From: Candidatus Micrarchaeia archaeon
Lineage (GTDB): Archaea; Micrarchaeota; Micrarchaeia; CAILAH01
DNA: 64,000 bases
Direction of reading: 5' to 3'
Assembly (NCBI GenBank): GCA_038874595.1
Contig: JAVZCB010000005.1
Location: forward strand, 33,005 to 97,004
Of this stretch, positions 1-9,894 are shown piece by piece (the first letter of the stretch is position 1; every line of letters begins with the position of its first letter). The notes under the pieces were generated by a model that was given only the letters and a program-made list of their open reading frames with translations, had not been told where the DNA came from and made no database searches. The position numbers and the translations under genes were made by a program.

Positions 1-189
1 GATTAGCACAAAAGAAGTGTAGAACTTCTTTCGTATTTCAGGAAAAAGCGATTCCCTTTCAGCACGCGTGAGCAGTTTTGAGTCTGCAAGCTCAAGCGAT
101 AAAAAATCCTCCTCTTCACCGCACACAAGAGCAATTGAAAGGGGACCGAGAACGGAGCCGCGCCCCGCCTCGTCAATTCCTGCAATCAT
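1..189 (-). CDS. rnhB: Ribonuclease HII, N-terminal part (runs off the window edge)
   Basis: Manual translation from ATG at 189: MIAGIDEAGRGSVLGPLSIALV...LADSKLLTRAERE. It has the GIDEAGRG and DSK motifs. Not in the ORF track. Confidence 0.93.
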   Translation of the reverse strand, partial: MIAGIDEAGRGSVLGPLSIALVCGEEEDFLSLELADSKLLTRAERESLFPEIRKKFYTSFVLI

Positions 190-202
190 AAAACCAGAAT
201 AT

Positions 203-463
203 TTAAAGGGCAATGGATTTCTTATCTACAATAATGTAGTCAGACACTGCCATAACAGCATCATACGGCAATACTGTATGCCCCTGGTCATCCTTCTGCA
301 TTTTTGATGCGAGCAAACTGTCAAAGCTTGCTTCCAGGACAAGTGTCTGTAGCTTACCTCCGGTCTCGGCAACCTTGATGTCAACGAGCCTACCGAGCTC
401 CTCGCCATTGCTTGTTATTATTTTCTTTCCTGCCAATTGTTTCGCTAAAACATATTTCGGCAT
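203..463 (-). CDS. PRC-barrel domain protein (CdpB-like)
   Basis: LAGKKIITSNGEELGRLVDI...LPYDAVMAVSDYIIV is the typical archaeal stand-alone PRC barrel pattern. Confidence 0.85.
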   Translation of the reverse strand: MPKYVLAKQLAGKKIITSNGEELGRLVDIKVAETGGKLQTLVLEASFDSLLASKMQKDDQGHTVLPYDAVMAVSDYIIVDKKSIAL

Positions 464-567
464 AAAACCACCAAACGATTAGACATACACATAAAACTAT
501 TTAAATGTGTGCGCAAGAAAGACGTCACTGTCGAGTTTTATAAATATTTGTCGAACTTGTGGTGGGA

Positions 568-2622
568 TTAGCCAACGCTGCCTTCCGGAATCCTCAGTGT
601 CCTCACCGGTTTGCCTGCAACCAGGACTTTCCTACTGTCAACATAGAGCTCATAACTTTTTATAGAGAGGGCAATACCTTCAAATTCCTTAATCGTTATT
701 TCATCACGCGGCTTCTGTAATATACCCTCAGCAACAACCTTATCACCTGGCCGTGAATGTGGCACACTCAGCACCTCAACCTCATCACCAGACATTGCAG
801 CAAGCAGCATCCCTGCAGACTCAATACCACGTATCTTCGCCGGCTTGAGGTTTTTTACTATGATTACCTTCTTGCCAACAAGCTCTTCCGGCTTGTAATA
901 TGGTGCAAGGCCGGAGACAATCTGCCGTATGCCATCACCCATTGAAACTTTCTCAACGTACAACTTCTCTGCGTTCGGATGCTTGTCAACTGAGATTATC
1001 TCGCCTATCTCAAGGTCCAGGTCTGCAAACGTTATAGGCTGTTGGGATAAAGATGAGGTTAAAGTTTTTTGCTGTTGCGCCTGCGCCATTGCAGCAGCTA
1101 CCTCTTTTTCATCAATCTTCCTGAAAACGGGCCTTGGCTCTCCTAATGCGTGTCCCGGCTTTAATGATAACACACCCAAATCATCCCACCCGCGCCTTTC
1201 AATACCAAGCTGCTTGAATATTTCTTCGCTTGCGTGCGGGATGTAAGGCCATAACAGTATTGCAAGGTCCTTCGCTTGGTTTGCAAGGATATAAAGAACT
1301 GTGGATGCGCGCACCTTATCCTCCTTAACTGCCTTCCACGGCGCGTTCTCCTGGAAATACTTGTTTGCACTGCTGGAGAATTCCATAACTATACCTAGCG
1401 ATTCCTTGATTCTCATCTGGTCAAGAAGAGAGGTTATGCGCTTGCACCTATCCTCTTGTGCTAAGATAAATGCCCTATCTTGCTCTGTAAGTGGGCCGTA
1501 AGGCACCTTCCCATCAAAATTATTCTTTATGAAAACGATTGTCCTGTTAATAAGGTTACCTGCATTTGCAACAAGCTCATTGTTGTTCTTCTCAGCAAGC
1601 ACCTTCTCAGAAAAGTCACCATCCTCAAATGTTGAGACTTCGCCCAGGAGGCAATACCTAAAAGCATCTATACCAAACCGCTGGACAACCCCAAACGGGT
1701 TAACTATATTCCCAAGGGATTTGCTCATCTTTTCGCCGTTAACTGTAATATAACCATGCACAAGAATAGATTTGGGCACAGGCAAGCCTGCTGAGAGTAA
1801 CATTACTGGCCAGTAGATTGCATGGAACCTCAGTATGCCCTTCCCTATTACGTGCACGTCAGCAGGCCAGTATCTTGAAAACTTTACATCATCAGAACCA
1901 TACCCAACCCCTGTGAGGTACGTGCCAAGCGCATCAAACCACACATACATTATCTGGTTTGGGTCGCGCGGTACCGGGACGCCCCAGCCGCGTGCACGCT
2001 TCACTGAGCGTGATATGCTGAAATCCTGGAGGCCTTCCCGTATGAAATGAAGCATTTCATTCATTCTTGATTCTGGGATAACTTTCAGCTTCCCGCTAGT
2101 AATCATTTCCTCGAGCTGCTTCTGGTATTTGGATAACCTGAAAAAATAGTTCTCCTCCTCAACAACTTCTGGCGGTTTCTTGTGCTCAGGGCATAGGCCA
2201 TTCTCAAGCTGGTGCTCTTCGTAAAACGCCTCGCACCCTACACAATAGAGGCCGCGATAATTCTTCTTGTAGATGTCACCTGATTTGGTGCACAATTCCC
2301 ACATCTTCTGGACACCTTTTCGGTGCTCCGCACTCACAGATGTTCTCACAAAAGAATCATAAGACAGTCCCAACGTATCTGCAAGCTTCCTGAAACGCTC
2401 GGCGTTCTCGGCGCACAACTCTGCAGGTGTTATTCCCTTGGCTTCTGCGGCCTGTACATTCTTAAGGCTGTTCTCATCCGCACCTGTAACAACGTATACA
2501 TCATCACCGCGCAATTTATGGTAGCGCGCAAGCACGTCTGTCTGGATAAACTCAAGTGCGTGCCCAAGGTGTGGTGATGCATTAACGTATGGGATTGCAG
2601 TTGTAATGTAATACTTTGCCAT
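568..2622 (-). CDS. metG: Methionyl-tRNA synthetase with C-terminal tRNA-binding (OB) domain
   Basis: YITTAIPYVN, HLGH, KMSKS and YVWFDAL motifs; C-terminal HPNAEKLY...RQIVSG...NLKPAKIRGIESAGM. Confidence 0.97.
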   Translation of the reverse strand: MAKYYITTAIPYVNASPHLGHALEFIQTDVLARYHKLRGDDVYVVTGADENSLKNVQAAEAKGITPAELCAENAERFRKLADTLGLSYDSFVRTSVSAEHRKGVQKMWELCTKSGDIYKKNYRGLYCVGCEAFYEEHQLENGLCPEHKKPPEVVEEENYFFRLSKYQKQLEEMITSGKLKVIPESRMNEMLHFIREGLQDFSISRSVKRARGWGVPVPRDPNQIMYVWFDALGTYLTGVGYGSDDVKFSRYWPADVHVIGKGILRFHAIYWPVMLLSAGLPVPKSILVHGYITVNGEKMSKSLGNIVNPFGVVQRFGIDAFRYCLLGEVSTFEDGDFSEKVLAEKNNNELVANAGNLINRTIVFIKNNFDGKVPYGPLTEQDRAFILAQEDRCKRITSLLDQMRIKESLGIVMEFSSSANKYFQENAPWKAVKEDKVRASTVLYILANQAKDLAILLWPYIPHASEEIFKQLGIERRGWDDLGVLSLKPGHALGEPRPVFRKIDEKEVAAAMAQAQQQKTLTSSLSQQPITFADLDLEIGEIISVDKHPNAEKLYVEKVSMGDGIRQIVSGLAPYYKPEELVGKKVIIVKNLKPAKIRGIESAGMLLAAMSGDEVEVLSVPHSRPGDKVVAEGILQKPRDEITIKEFEGIALSIKSYELYVDSRKVLVAGKPVRTLRIPEGSVG

Positions 2623-2634
2623 TGCACACGCCCC

Positions 2635-3744
2635 CTAACATTTGATTTTGATTATTATCATTCCATCCTTGTACCGTGCATTCTTTTCAATGTGCGAAAG
2701 TGCCTTGCTTATCTCATGCTCACTCCTGCCTTGCTTCTTAAGCTGGCGGACAAGATGTATCATCTGGTCTATATTATGATAATTCCTATGTATGTAAGCT
2801 GCAGATGCGCGTGCGTTCCTCTCCTTAGTCTCAAGCCCGGCAAGCCGCTCTTTTACCTTTGCCAGTGCAAGCTTGCGGTGCTCTTCCGTTTCTGCTGCTC
2901 CTGCATCCGTATCATCTTCTGAAAGTGCTGGCTCGTATATCGTATCAACCATTTCAAGCACAGATTTGAATTTTATCTTTTCATACTCGCTGCTCTCATA
3001 TTTCGTAAGATGCGCAACAGAATAATCCACCAGTTTGCCGTCCTTCTTGTATATGTAATAATTGCCCTCAGCACACACGCCCTTAATCATATACAACAGG
3101 CGTTCCTTGTCTTCTGCGTTTGGCTCGCGCTCAGAGCGCGGGTCGATGCCGGCGCGCACAAATGCCTCCTCTAAGTATTTTGGCGCTACCGCAACCTGTG
3201 ACAGGATGCCTGCCATTAGTGTCTTCTTACCGTGGAGGGTAATGTGCCTCGGCTCAATAGAAAAAGGTGAAGTTTTTGATGGGGGAAATAGGTATGGTAC
3301 TCCCTTTCTCAGCTCTCTTCCACGCCAGCTTTCACGCCTGTAAATCACATCTATCACATTGTTATGGTCTGCATCACATAGGATTATGTTGCCGTTTGAG
3401 AATAGTTCAATAACGAGCTTATAATGCTTCCCATGCGAGGTTATGCTGAATATGAGTATGCGCTCAAACCCTGGCTGCTCTATGTTATCAATCACGCCGT
3501 TTGTGAGGCGCTTACGGAGTGCCATTATGAAGTTTGACGGCTGCTCTGGTGATGGGATTTCCCTCTTAGTTGAGGTTATATAATCCGGCAGCTGTATTAA
3601 GAGCGTAAACTTCCCATCTTCGTTTGAGACCTGGACCTTGAATAGCCTACTTGTCACCTGGTAAATCTTGCCTATCCTTGAGCCCATAAACCTGCCGCTC
3701 ATCTCCTTGGCAATATAGAAATACTCTAGGTCTGCAAGCTGCAT
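2635..3744 (-). CDS. NFACT/RqcH (Rqc2)-family protein, N-terminal domains only
   Basis: IGKIYQ, PSNFIMALRKRL, IEQPGFERIL and ELFSNGNIILCD motifs, then an HhH-like segment and a short coiled coil. Confidence 0.85.
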   Translation of the reverse strand: MQLADLEYFYIAKEMSGRFMGSRIGKIYQVTSRLFKVQVSNEDGKFTLLIQLPDYITSTKREIPSPEQPSNFIMALRKRLTNGVIDNIEQPGFERILIFSITSHGKHYKLVIELFSNGNIILCDADHNNVIDVIYRRESWRGRELRKGVPYLFPPSKTSPFSIEPRHITLHGKKTLMAGILSQVAVAPKYLEEAFVRAGIDPRSEREPNAEDKERLLYMIKGVCAEGNYYIYKKDGKLVDYSVAHLTKYESSEYEKIKFKSVLEMVDTIYEPALSEDDTDAGAAETEEHRKLALAKVKERLAGLETKERNARASAAYIHRNYHNIDQMIHLVRQLKKQGRSEHEISKALSHIEKNARYKDGMIIIKIKC

Positions 3745-3795
3745 GAATAGGTTATATTAGTTATGTTTAAATAATGCGACCACTATTTTTATAGT

Positions 3796-4257
3796 ATGAG
3801 GTCTGGTGTGCAGGCCAGGGCCAGTGATAAGGCAGCGTTGGCCCTTATTAGCGAGCAGGAAAAACTTACTGGTGGCAAAGCCAGAGAGCAGAAAGGACTA
3901 TTGGAGATTATCAATAGCGGCTTTAAGCGTATTACTGGATTCATAATAGATAGTCAAAGAAAAAAGGAGTCTATAGAACGGATAGATAACAAGCTGGATA
4001 ACTGTATGAAAAAGCTTGAGACGATTTATGAGAGCACGGGAAATCCGATACTAAGGAGGGCCGTTCTTGATTCAATTGAGAAAATTAAGGAGATATATTC
4101 ACTGCACGTGCTTGAGATTGAAACTATGTATTCATCAAATGAAAAGATTGAGAATAAGCTCGTGTTTTACAAGGTTATGGAGAGCGATGCGATTGAAGAT
4201 ATGGATGATGTCGTTTCGCAGCTGAAAAAAATGCTTGTGAATCCTGAAAAAAGGTAA
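3796..4257 (+). CDS. Hypothetical alpha-helical protein
   Basis: 153-aa ORF filling the gap between genes; no recognisable motif. Confidence 0.6.
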   Translation: MRSGVQARASDKAALALISEQEKLTGGKAREQKGLLEIINSGFKRITGFIIDSQRKKESIERIDNKLDNCMKKLETIYESTGNPILRRAVLDSIEKIKEIYSLHVLEIETMYSSNEKIENKLVFYKVMESDAIEDMDDVVSQLKKMLVNPEKR

Positions 4258-4305
4258 GCACAACTAATGACAACTAATGATAAAGAAAATAAATACAGGT
4301 GTAAG

Positions 4306-4488
4306 TTAATCTTCGCATAGCACAAAAAAACTGCTGTGATAAGCGTGTGCTTGAGTGGTTGGCCTCATAAATCCTGAATAGATTAATCTTCACATAGCAC
4401 AAAAAAACTGCTGTGATAAGCGTGTGCTTGAGTGGTTGGCCTCATAAATCCTGAATAGATTAATCTTCGCATAACACAAAAAAGCTGC
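4306..4488. repeat. Tandem repeat, 77-nt unit, about 2.4 copies
   Basis: TTAATCTTC(G/A)CATA(G/A)CACAAAAAA starts at 4306, 4383 and 4460. The first two units differ at one base. Confidence 0.95.
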
Positions 4489-4499
4489 ACCTGCCAGCA

Positions 4500-5510
4500 C
4501 TAAATAACCTTTATGTCTATTACATACTGGTCTGTATCAGGAGAATATGTGCGCACACGGCGCGTATATATTATTTCTGCCGGCCTGCCAAGCAAAGATA
4601 ATGCTTCATCGCATAACTGCTTGACTGCACCTTTTTGTGCAAACCCGTAAACGTGGATTATACACCCATTCTTTGCAGTGTGTGATACATAAGGCAAGAA
4701 TGCAAGCGCATCTTTCGGGAGGGGCATTATTATCCTGTCAGCCCAGTCATTAAACTTCTTATCCTTGAGCACTTCCTTCACGTCACCCTGGACTGGGATT
4801 ACCTTGCCTTCAACCTTGTTGAGCTTGACATTCTCAACCGCATACTTATGGCCTTCCGGATTCAATTCTATTGAGTATACGAGTATGCTCCGCTCTTTTG
4901 CTATTATAATGGGGAACGGTGCAACACCTGAAAACAACGCAAGGATATGCTCACCATCCCTTACTTGCTTGAGTATCCGCTCACGCTCGTGCGAAAGCCG
5001 GGGCGAAAAATATACCTTTGACACATCAACCTTGAACCTGCACTTACGTTCCTTGTGCACCGTCTCAGTCCTGTGCTCACCAGCAAGATGCCTCAAACCG
5101 CGTACCCTATACTCACCGGCAATACCGCTATCCTTCGCAAAAACAGCCCTGACATTCTTATGCAGCCTTAAAATCTCACTGCCTATCTCCTTTTCCCTGG
5201 ATTTCAAACTATCTGGTATTTCTATTATTGCAATGTCGCCTATTATGTCAAATGAGCGGATTTCCCTTATCCCAAGTGATTGTGCGATCGTTCTTGGCCT
5301 GCGCTCGCGTGGCTTGACTTGGGCCATTACAACTTCCTTACCTTTAAGATAAGGATGGTCTGCGGTTGAAAGTGGAAAATAGATATATGAGGAATCACTT
5401 TTTATCGTGTAATTGTTATCAAGAAGGTTAAGCTCAACAAGCTTTTTCCTTGTTAACTCTCCCTCCTTTTTTTCAACTTTCAGACATGGGATATCATTCA
5501 TGGCCTGCAC
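4500..5510 (-). CDS. trm5: Trm5/Tyw2-family tRNA G37 SAM-dependent transferase
   Basis: SFDIIGDIAII, VYFSPRLSHER, LFSGVAPF, ELNP and DRIIMPLP motifs. Confidence 0.9.
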   Translation of the reverse strand: MQAMNDIPCLKVEKKEGELTRKKLVELNLLDNNYTIKSDSSYIYFPLSTADHPYLKGKEVVMAQVKPRERRPRTIAQSLGIREIRSFDIIGDIAIIEIPDSLKSREKEIGSEILRLHKNVRAVFAKDSGIAGEYRVRGLRHLAGEHRTETVHKERKCRFKVDVSKVYFSPRLSHERERILKQVRDGEHILALFSGVAPFPIIIAKERSILVYSIELNPEGHKYAVENVKLNKVEGKVIPVQGDVKEVLKDKKFNDWADRIIMPLPKDALAFLPYVSHTAKNGCIIHVYGFAQKGAVKQLCDEALSLLGRPAEIIYTRRVRTYSPDTDQYVIDIKVI

Positions 5511-5582
5511 CCAAAACTTAAACCACGCCTCATAATTTATACGCTGCTAACCTTCCTGATGTTAAAAGCACTCAACCAACAC

Positions 5583-5963
5583 CTAAACCAAATCATCCAC
5601 TGTCCTGTTGATTAGCTGTGCCTTTTCCAGTGAGATTGATGCATTATCTGACAGCTCGCCTACACGTATGAACAGCCAGCCAGCACGCGGTACACGCCAC
5701 GCAACATATGCTGAAACACTCGTGGACTCTTCCCACTTCTTAAGGAGCTCATACTGCTCTTTACGCAGTGAGAGGCGCTTGCTGTTCCACGCCTTGCACT
5801 CAAACACATACGCCTCCATCTTCCTGAATGCGAGAAGGTCCGGGGCGGTTGTGTACACTCCTGAGCCAGCTGCACGGACTACCATAAAGCCGCGCTGTGC
5901 AAGCAAATCTGCAAGCTCGCGCTCAAACCGCGCGCCTTTTGAGTATGAGTTTTTCAGGGACAT
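5583..5963 (-). CDS. hjc: Holliday junction resolvase Hjc
   Basis: KGARFERELADLL..RGFMVVRAAGSG...PDLLA...ECK. Confidence 0.95.
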   Translation of the reverse strand: MSLKNSYSKGARFERELADLLAQRGFMVVRAAGSGVYTTAPDLLAFRKMEAYVFECKAWNSKRLSLRKEQYELLKKWEESTSVSAYVAWRVPRAGWLFIRVGELSDNASISLEKAQLINRTVDDLV

Positions 5964-6054
5964 ACAAGATAATTTAGGAAACTTAAAATAAAAAGCAAAT
6001 CAAAGGGAAATTCCTTTAACTAATCTAGCAATTACCAAAACCTTTTCTAATTTA

Positions 6055-7317
6055 TTATCCTGTGCTTGCCGAGTACTTCTTCTCAAGCACCGGTTCTGCC
6101 TTGACAATCTCATCCCCTACTATATAAACCTCAAACTTCCCAATTTCTGGGACGCCGGCCTTTACCGTGCTTGGGAGAATGGCAGTGACATACATACTCC
6201 TTACATAATACTCCTTCCCACCTATCGGTATCGCAATGTTACCGGTTGATGCGTTGCACACCCTATACACTTCCACGGAGATGGGCGTGTAATTTATGCT
6301 TTGCAGCGCATTTGCAATTTTCTGCTCGTCACCTTCATAGTTAAACCTCATTTCAAGCATGGGCGGCGAGAAGGAGACGTTAACTGTATTGTTTGTAACT
6401 TTCGCAACCACATCACTTATCTGCTCCTCCGTGTATGTATAGTTATCATAAAACACCAGCTTGTTAAACTGCACCACATAAAGGCCTGGAAGGTACTTCT
6501 TTATCTCATTAATCTGTGTTTTGTTAAATGTATCGGTTGCATACACTGTGGTATCGCTTACATAGTTGAACCTGATGTTTGTTGCATTAATGGCTTTGAG
6601 GGATTCGTTGAGGGCATCGAGCGACCTGCGCACACCTTCCCTATCGTGCCACATAAAGTACATTCTTGCATAATGCTCCGGATATAACTTTAACGGGAGC
6701 ACCGGCATATCTACAACTTCGGTGCGCGCAAGTGGGGTCAGCTTTGCGCCTACCACTTGCCCCTTATATATCTGGACAAGTGCGCTGAAGTACAGCTGCT
6801 CGCCCTTCGCGTACGGCTTTGCAACGTTAATCTTGCTCATTGGTATTGATGCCTTTACCTTGCTGCCGTTCTGAAGAGTAAAATCAAATGCCTGGCTGCT
6901 GTTCACATACGCCTCCAGCAGCATTGTCACATTTTGGTCCAAGGACATCAGGTTCGATGCGACAGGCAGGGTATCATCCCCCGACGATAATGTTACTGTG
7001 ATATACTGTGGGTTTGACTGGTCCAGGTAAATGACCTTATTGCCCGCCTGCAACTGCTTCAGGTAAGCCATTGCTGCAGCATTCGGTCGCGTGAGCCGGA
7101 TTACTGGAGAATATGAATTAACTACTAGCATAACGTTCCCCATCCCCACCGAAAGGCTCATCTCCTCTTCTTCAGGTAAGTTCTGGGTCTGGCTTGTCTG
7201 GCCACCGTTTCTAGGCTGGTGCATAAACCACGTAGCAAGTGTTGAAAGCACAAAGATAACTGCAACGAGTACTACGATTGCCTGTATTATCTGCATGCGG
7301 GTCAGGCTAAGTTTCAT
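6055..7317 (-). CDS. Membrane-anchored extracellular hypothetical protein
   Basis: Probable start at ATG 7317 (MKLSLTR). One N-terminal transmembrane helix, then a beta-rich region with many N-x-S/T sequons. Confidence 0.75.
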   Translation of the reverse strand: MKLSLTRMQIIQAIVVLVAVIFVLSTLATWFMHQPRNGGQTSQTQNLPEEEEMSLSVGMGNVMLVVNSYSPVIRLTRPNAAAMAYLKQLQAGNKVIYLDQSNPQYITVTLSSGDDTLPVASNLMSLDQNVTMLLEAYVNSSQAFDFTLQNGSKVKASIPMSKINVAKPYAKGEQLYFSALVQIYKGQVVGAKLTPLARTEVVDMPVLPLKLYPEHYARMYFMWHDREGVRRSLDALNESLKAINATNIRFNYVSDTTVYATDTFNKTQINEIKKYLPGLYVVQFNKLVFYDNYTYTEEQISDVVAKVTNNTVNVSFSPPMLEMRFNYEGDEQKIANALQSINYTPISVEVYRVCNASTGNIAIPIGGKEYYVRSMYVTAILPSTVKAGVPEIGKFEVYIVGDEIVKAEPVLEKKYSASTG

Positions 7318-7382
7318 GGGTTTGATTAAGGGGATAAAGTTTAAAGTGTTTTGGATTTGAATAGTGCCGGAAGGTGTTATGG

Positions 7383-8078
7383 ATGGCAGTAGAGAAAGGT
7401 GATTTGGTAAAGATAGAGTATACTGCATATACAAAGAGCGGCGATGTCATTGACACGACTGATGCTGAGAAAGCAAAAAAAGGCGGGATATTTGACCCAA
7501 AGAAAAAATATGGCGCTGTGGTAATACATGCAGGCCATAACGATGTGCTGGAAGGTGTTGATGAGGGAATCATTGGGATGGAAGAAAACGTGCCGAAGGA
7601 ATTTGAGATCCCACCTGAAAAAGCGTTTGGAAAAAGAAACGAGGACCTGGTAAGGATAATCCCGCTCAAGCAGTTCAGGGAGGCAAATATCAACCCTGTG
7701 CCAGGTCAGGTTATTAATATAGATAATACGCCCGCAACTATTAGGGCTGTGAACAGTGGTAGGGTGGTTGTGGATTTCAATCATCCATTGTCTGGGGTCC
7801 CGCTGAAGTATGAGGTTAAGGTGCTCAAGGATGCAAAATCGCTTCAGGATAAGGCGTTATTGCTTTCGGAGAAGTATGAGATGAAGGCAGATGTGAAGGT
7901 ATCTGGAGATAATGTTTCAGTAGACCTTGGTGTGAGCATATTTGATGATAAGAGGGCGCGCGACTCTGCAGCGGTTGCACTTATTGCACGCGAGCTGAAA
8001 GAGCACGGTGCAAAGAAAGTCCAGTTCAAGGGTGAATGGAAGCTTTCAGATGAAAGTGCCAACAAAAAAGAGCATTAA
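7383..8078 (+). CDS. FKBP-type peptidyl-prolyl isomerase (archaeal long, SlyD-like)
   Basis: KGDLVKIEYT, IPPEKAFGKR and GRVVVDFNHPLSG motifs. Confidence 0.93.
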   Translation: MAVEKGDLVKIEYTAYTKSGDVIDTTDAEKAKKGGIFDPKKKYGAVVIHAGHNDVLEGVDEGIIGMEENVPKEFEIPPEKAFGKRNEDLVRIIPLKQFREANINPVPGQVINIDNTPATIRAVNSGRVVVDFNHPLSGVPLKYEVKVLKDAKSLQDKALLLSEKYEMKADVKVSGDNVSVDLGVSIFDDKRARDSAAVALIARELKEHGAKKVQFKGEWKLSDESANKKEH

Positions 8079-8101
8079 GCACTACTGCCACGTTCCTGGA
8101 A

Positions 8102-8986
8102 TTAACGTGCTGACGTATTTAGAAACTTGAGCGCTTTCAATGCGCTCTTTTCCTTATCTTTTATCTCAAGCATTAAATCAAATTCTATCCCTTTTGTATG
8201 AGAGAGAAACTCTGCAAAATCCTTGATATCTATTGAATTCGCGTGCGTACCTGGCCTTGCACCGCGCTGCTGCGAGCAGTAATCACACATTAACGGGCCG
8301 TCCGGTTCGGCCCACGTGTTCTCAGCAAGTAGCATTGCGTTGCGCACACTTTCACCATTATTATTCAAGGAATGGTGAAAACTATCAAACAGCACTGGCA
8401 CACCCGTAATGCTGTTAAGCCGCAGGCAGTCCTTCAATGAGAACTGATGGTCATCATTCTCAACCACAACGCGCTTGCGCACTGAGGCGGGGAGCGCCCT
8501 GTACCTTTCAGCGAACCTCTCAATCGCAGCGGCCTTATCTCCATAAATACCACCAACGTGGATTTGGATTTTTGCATCTCTTCCCAGGCACATCAAATCA
8601 AGAACCTTGGCGTGGTATTCTAGCTCTGCAATGCTTCTCTTAACCACATCATCATCAAGTGCATTAATCAGGACAAACTGGTCCGGGTGCATTGAAATGC
8701 GTATCCCATTTTCCTTTATGAGCTTGCCTATACTCCTGAACTTCCTGGCAAACTTGCCTGCCCAGTCATATGTGCAGATGGGGTGTGATGCAAACGGGAT
8801 TAGGTCTGAGGAAATCCTGAAGAAAAGTAGGCCGTTTTCTACGTTGAATTGGAGTATCTTCTCGAGGCAGGCCAGATTATTTGTTATGTGTGTTTCCATG
8901 TTCTGCTCTGAGTACGACGCAAGCCTGAACGTGGTGTTTGAAGTGCATCCAATACCTCTGTTTATGCACGGGTATCCAATCCGCAT
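8102..8986 (-). CDS. uvsE: UV DNA damage endonuclease
   Basis: MRIGYPCIN, FFRISSDLIPFASHP, RISMHPDQF, IHVGG, ENDD and MLEIKDKE motifs. Confidence 0.95.
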   Translation of the reverse strand: MRIGYPCINRGIGCTSNTTFRLASYSEQNMETHITNNLACLEKILQFNVENGLLFFRISSDLIPFASHPICTYDWAGKFARKFRSIGKLIKENGIRISMHPDQFVLINALDDDVVKRSIAELEYHAKVLDLMCLGRDAKIQIHVGGIYGDKAAAIERFAERYRALPASVRKRVVVENDDHQFSLKDCLRLNSITGVPVLFDSFHHSLNNNGESVRNAMLLAENTWAEPDGPLMCDYCSQQRGARPGTHANSIDIKDFAEFLSHTKGIEFDLMLEIKDKEKSALKALKFLNTSAR

Positions 8987-9120
8987 CAGAAAATTTCTGC
9001 TGCAACATTAAAAATAATTATTAGTTAACACCGTTACTACCAACAAGTGTGCTGTGTGCTGCTTATTGAGTTTTATTGAGATTCTTATTGATAATACCAA
9101 GTGCCTGCGCGCTTTTTTGC

Positions 9121-9810
9121 CTATCCTTTTATGACAGTGCCATTGTGCGGCCTACCACAAATGGCTTTCTCCACATCGGCCATATTTCTCCCGGTAACAA
9201 AGTGTGCTTCTATCCCGGAGCGGGCAAGCAGCTTGCAGGCCAGCACATCAAATATGAAATTCTCACCTGCTTTTCTTGAGTCTTTCACGGCTGCAAGCAT
9301 AACAAGCTCATTTGAAGTCATCTTCTTGATTTTTTGTGCGTTGCTATCCTTCCGCGGGTCACCTGTATAAATCGCATCGACATTGCTTATGTTAACTATC
9401 CTTTTTGAGCCCACACGCTCAGCAAGCAGGACTGCATCAGTATCGGTGGTGATACCTGGCAGTGTGCCCCCCATAACAACAAAATCGTTTGTAACAAGGG
9501 CCTGTGCGGCCTCATCAAACGTCTTTGGCAGTGTTTTGTATGCCTTCTCGTGCAGTGCTGCCAATATCAAGTATGCATTCTGCCACGTGCTCATTATGGC
9601 CGCCTGGTCTGCAAGAAACTCGTTGGGCGTAATCTTTCTCATTGCACGCGCGTAGGTGCGTGCTGCCGCGCCACCACCCGTCACTATAGCAAATTTGTAC
9701 TTGTTTGAAAGCTTTAACAAAAGAGCAGCTATCCTTTTTATGTACTCAATATCTGGCTCGCCAGGGACAATAAGGCTACCACCTATCGAAAGTGTGATTA
9801 CCGGCTTCAT
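9121..9810 (-). CDS. pyrH: UMP kinase
   Basis: SIGGSL, VTGGGAAARTY, GGTLPGITTDTDA and NVDAIYTGDP motifs; start at ATG 9810. Confidence 0.95.
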   Translation of the reverse strand: MKPVITLSIGGSLIVPGEPDIEYIKRIAALLLKLSNKYKFAIVTGGGAAARTYARAMRKITPNEFLADQAAIMSTWQNAYLILAALHEKAYKTLPKTFDEAAQALVTNDFVVMGGTLPGITTDTDAVLLAERVGSKRIVNISNVDAIYTGDPRKDSNAQKIKKMTSNELVMLAAVKDSRKAGENFIFDVLACKLLARSGIEAHFVTGRNMADVEKAICGRPHNGTVIKG

Positions 9811-9894
9811 GATAAGGTGTATGCAAATAATGTTAAAAATATGCAATCATGCAAAAGGACCGCATGCCTTAATGCTGGATTATGTTACACCCAC

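Noticed and set aside
4306-4488. CRISPR array
   Set aside because: The intervening sequences are identical (a tandem duplication), and no cas gene or leader is present. The same applies to 49139-49299.
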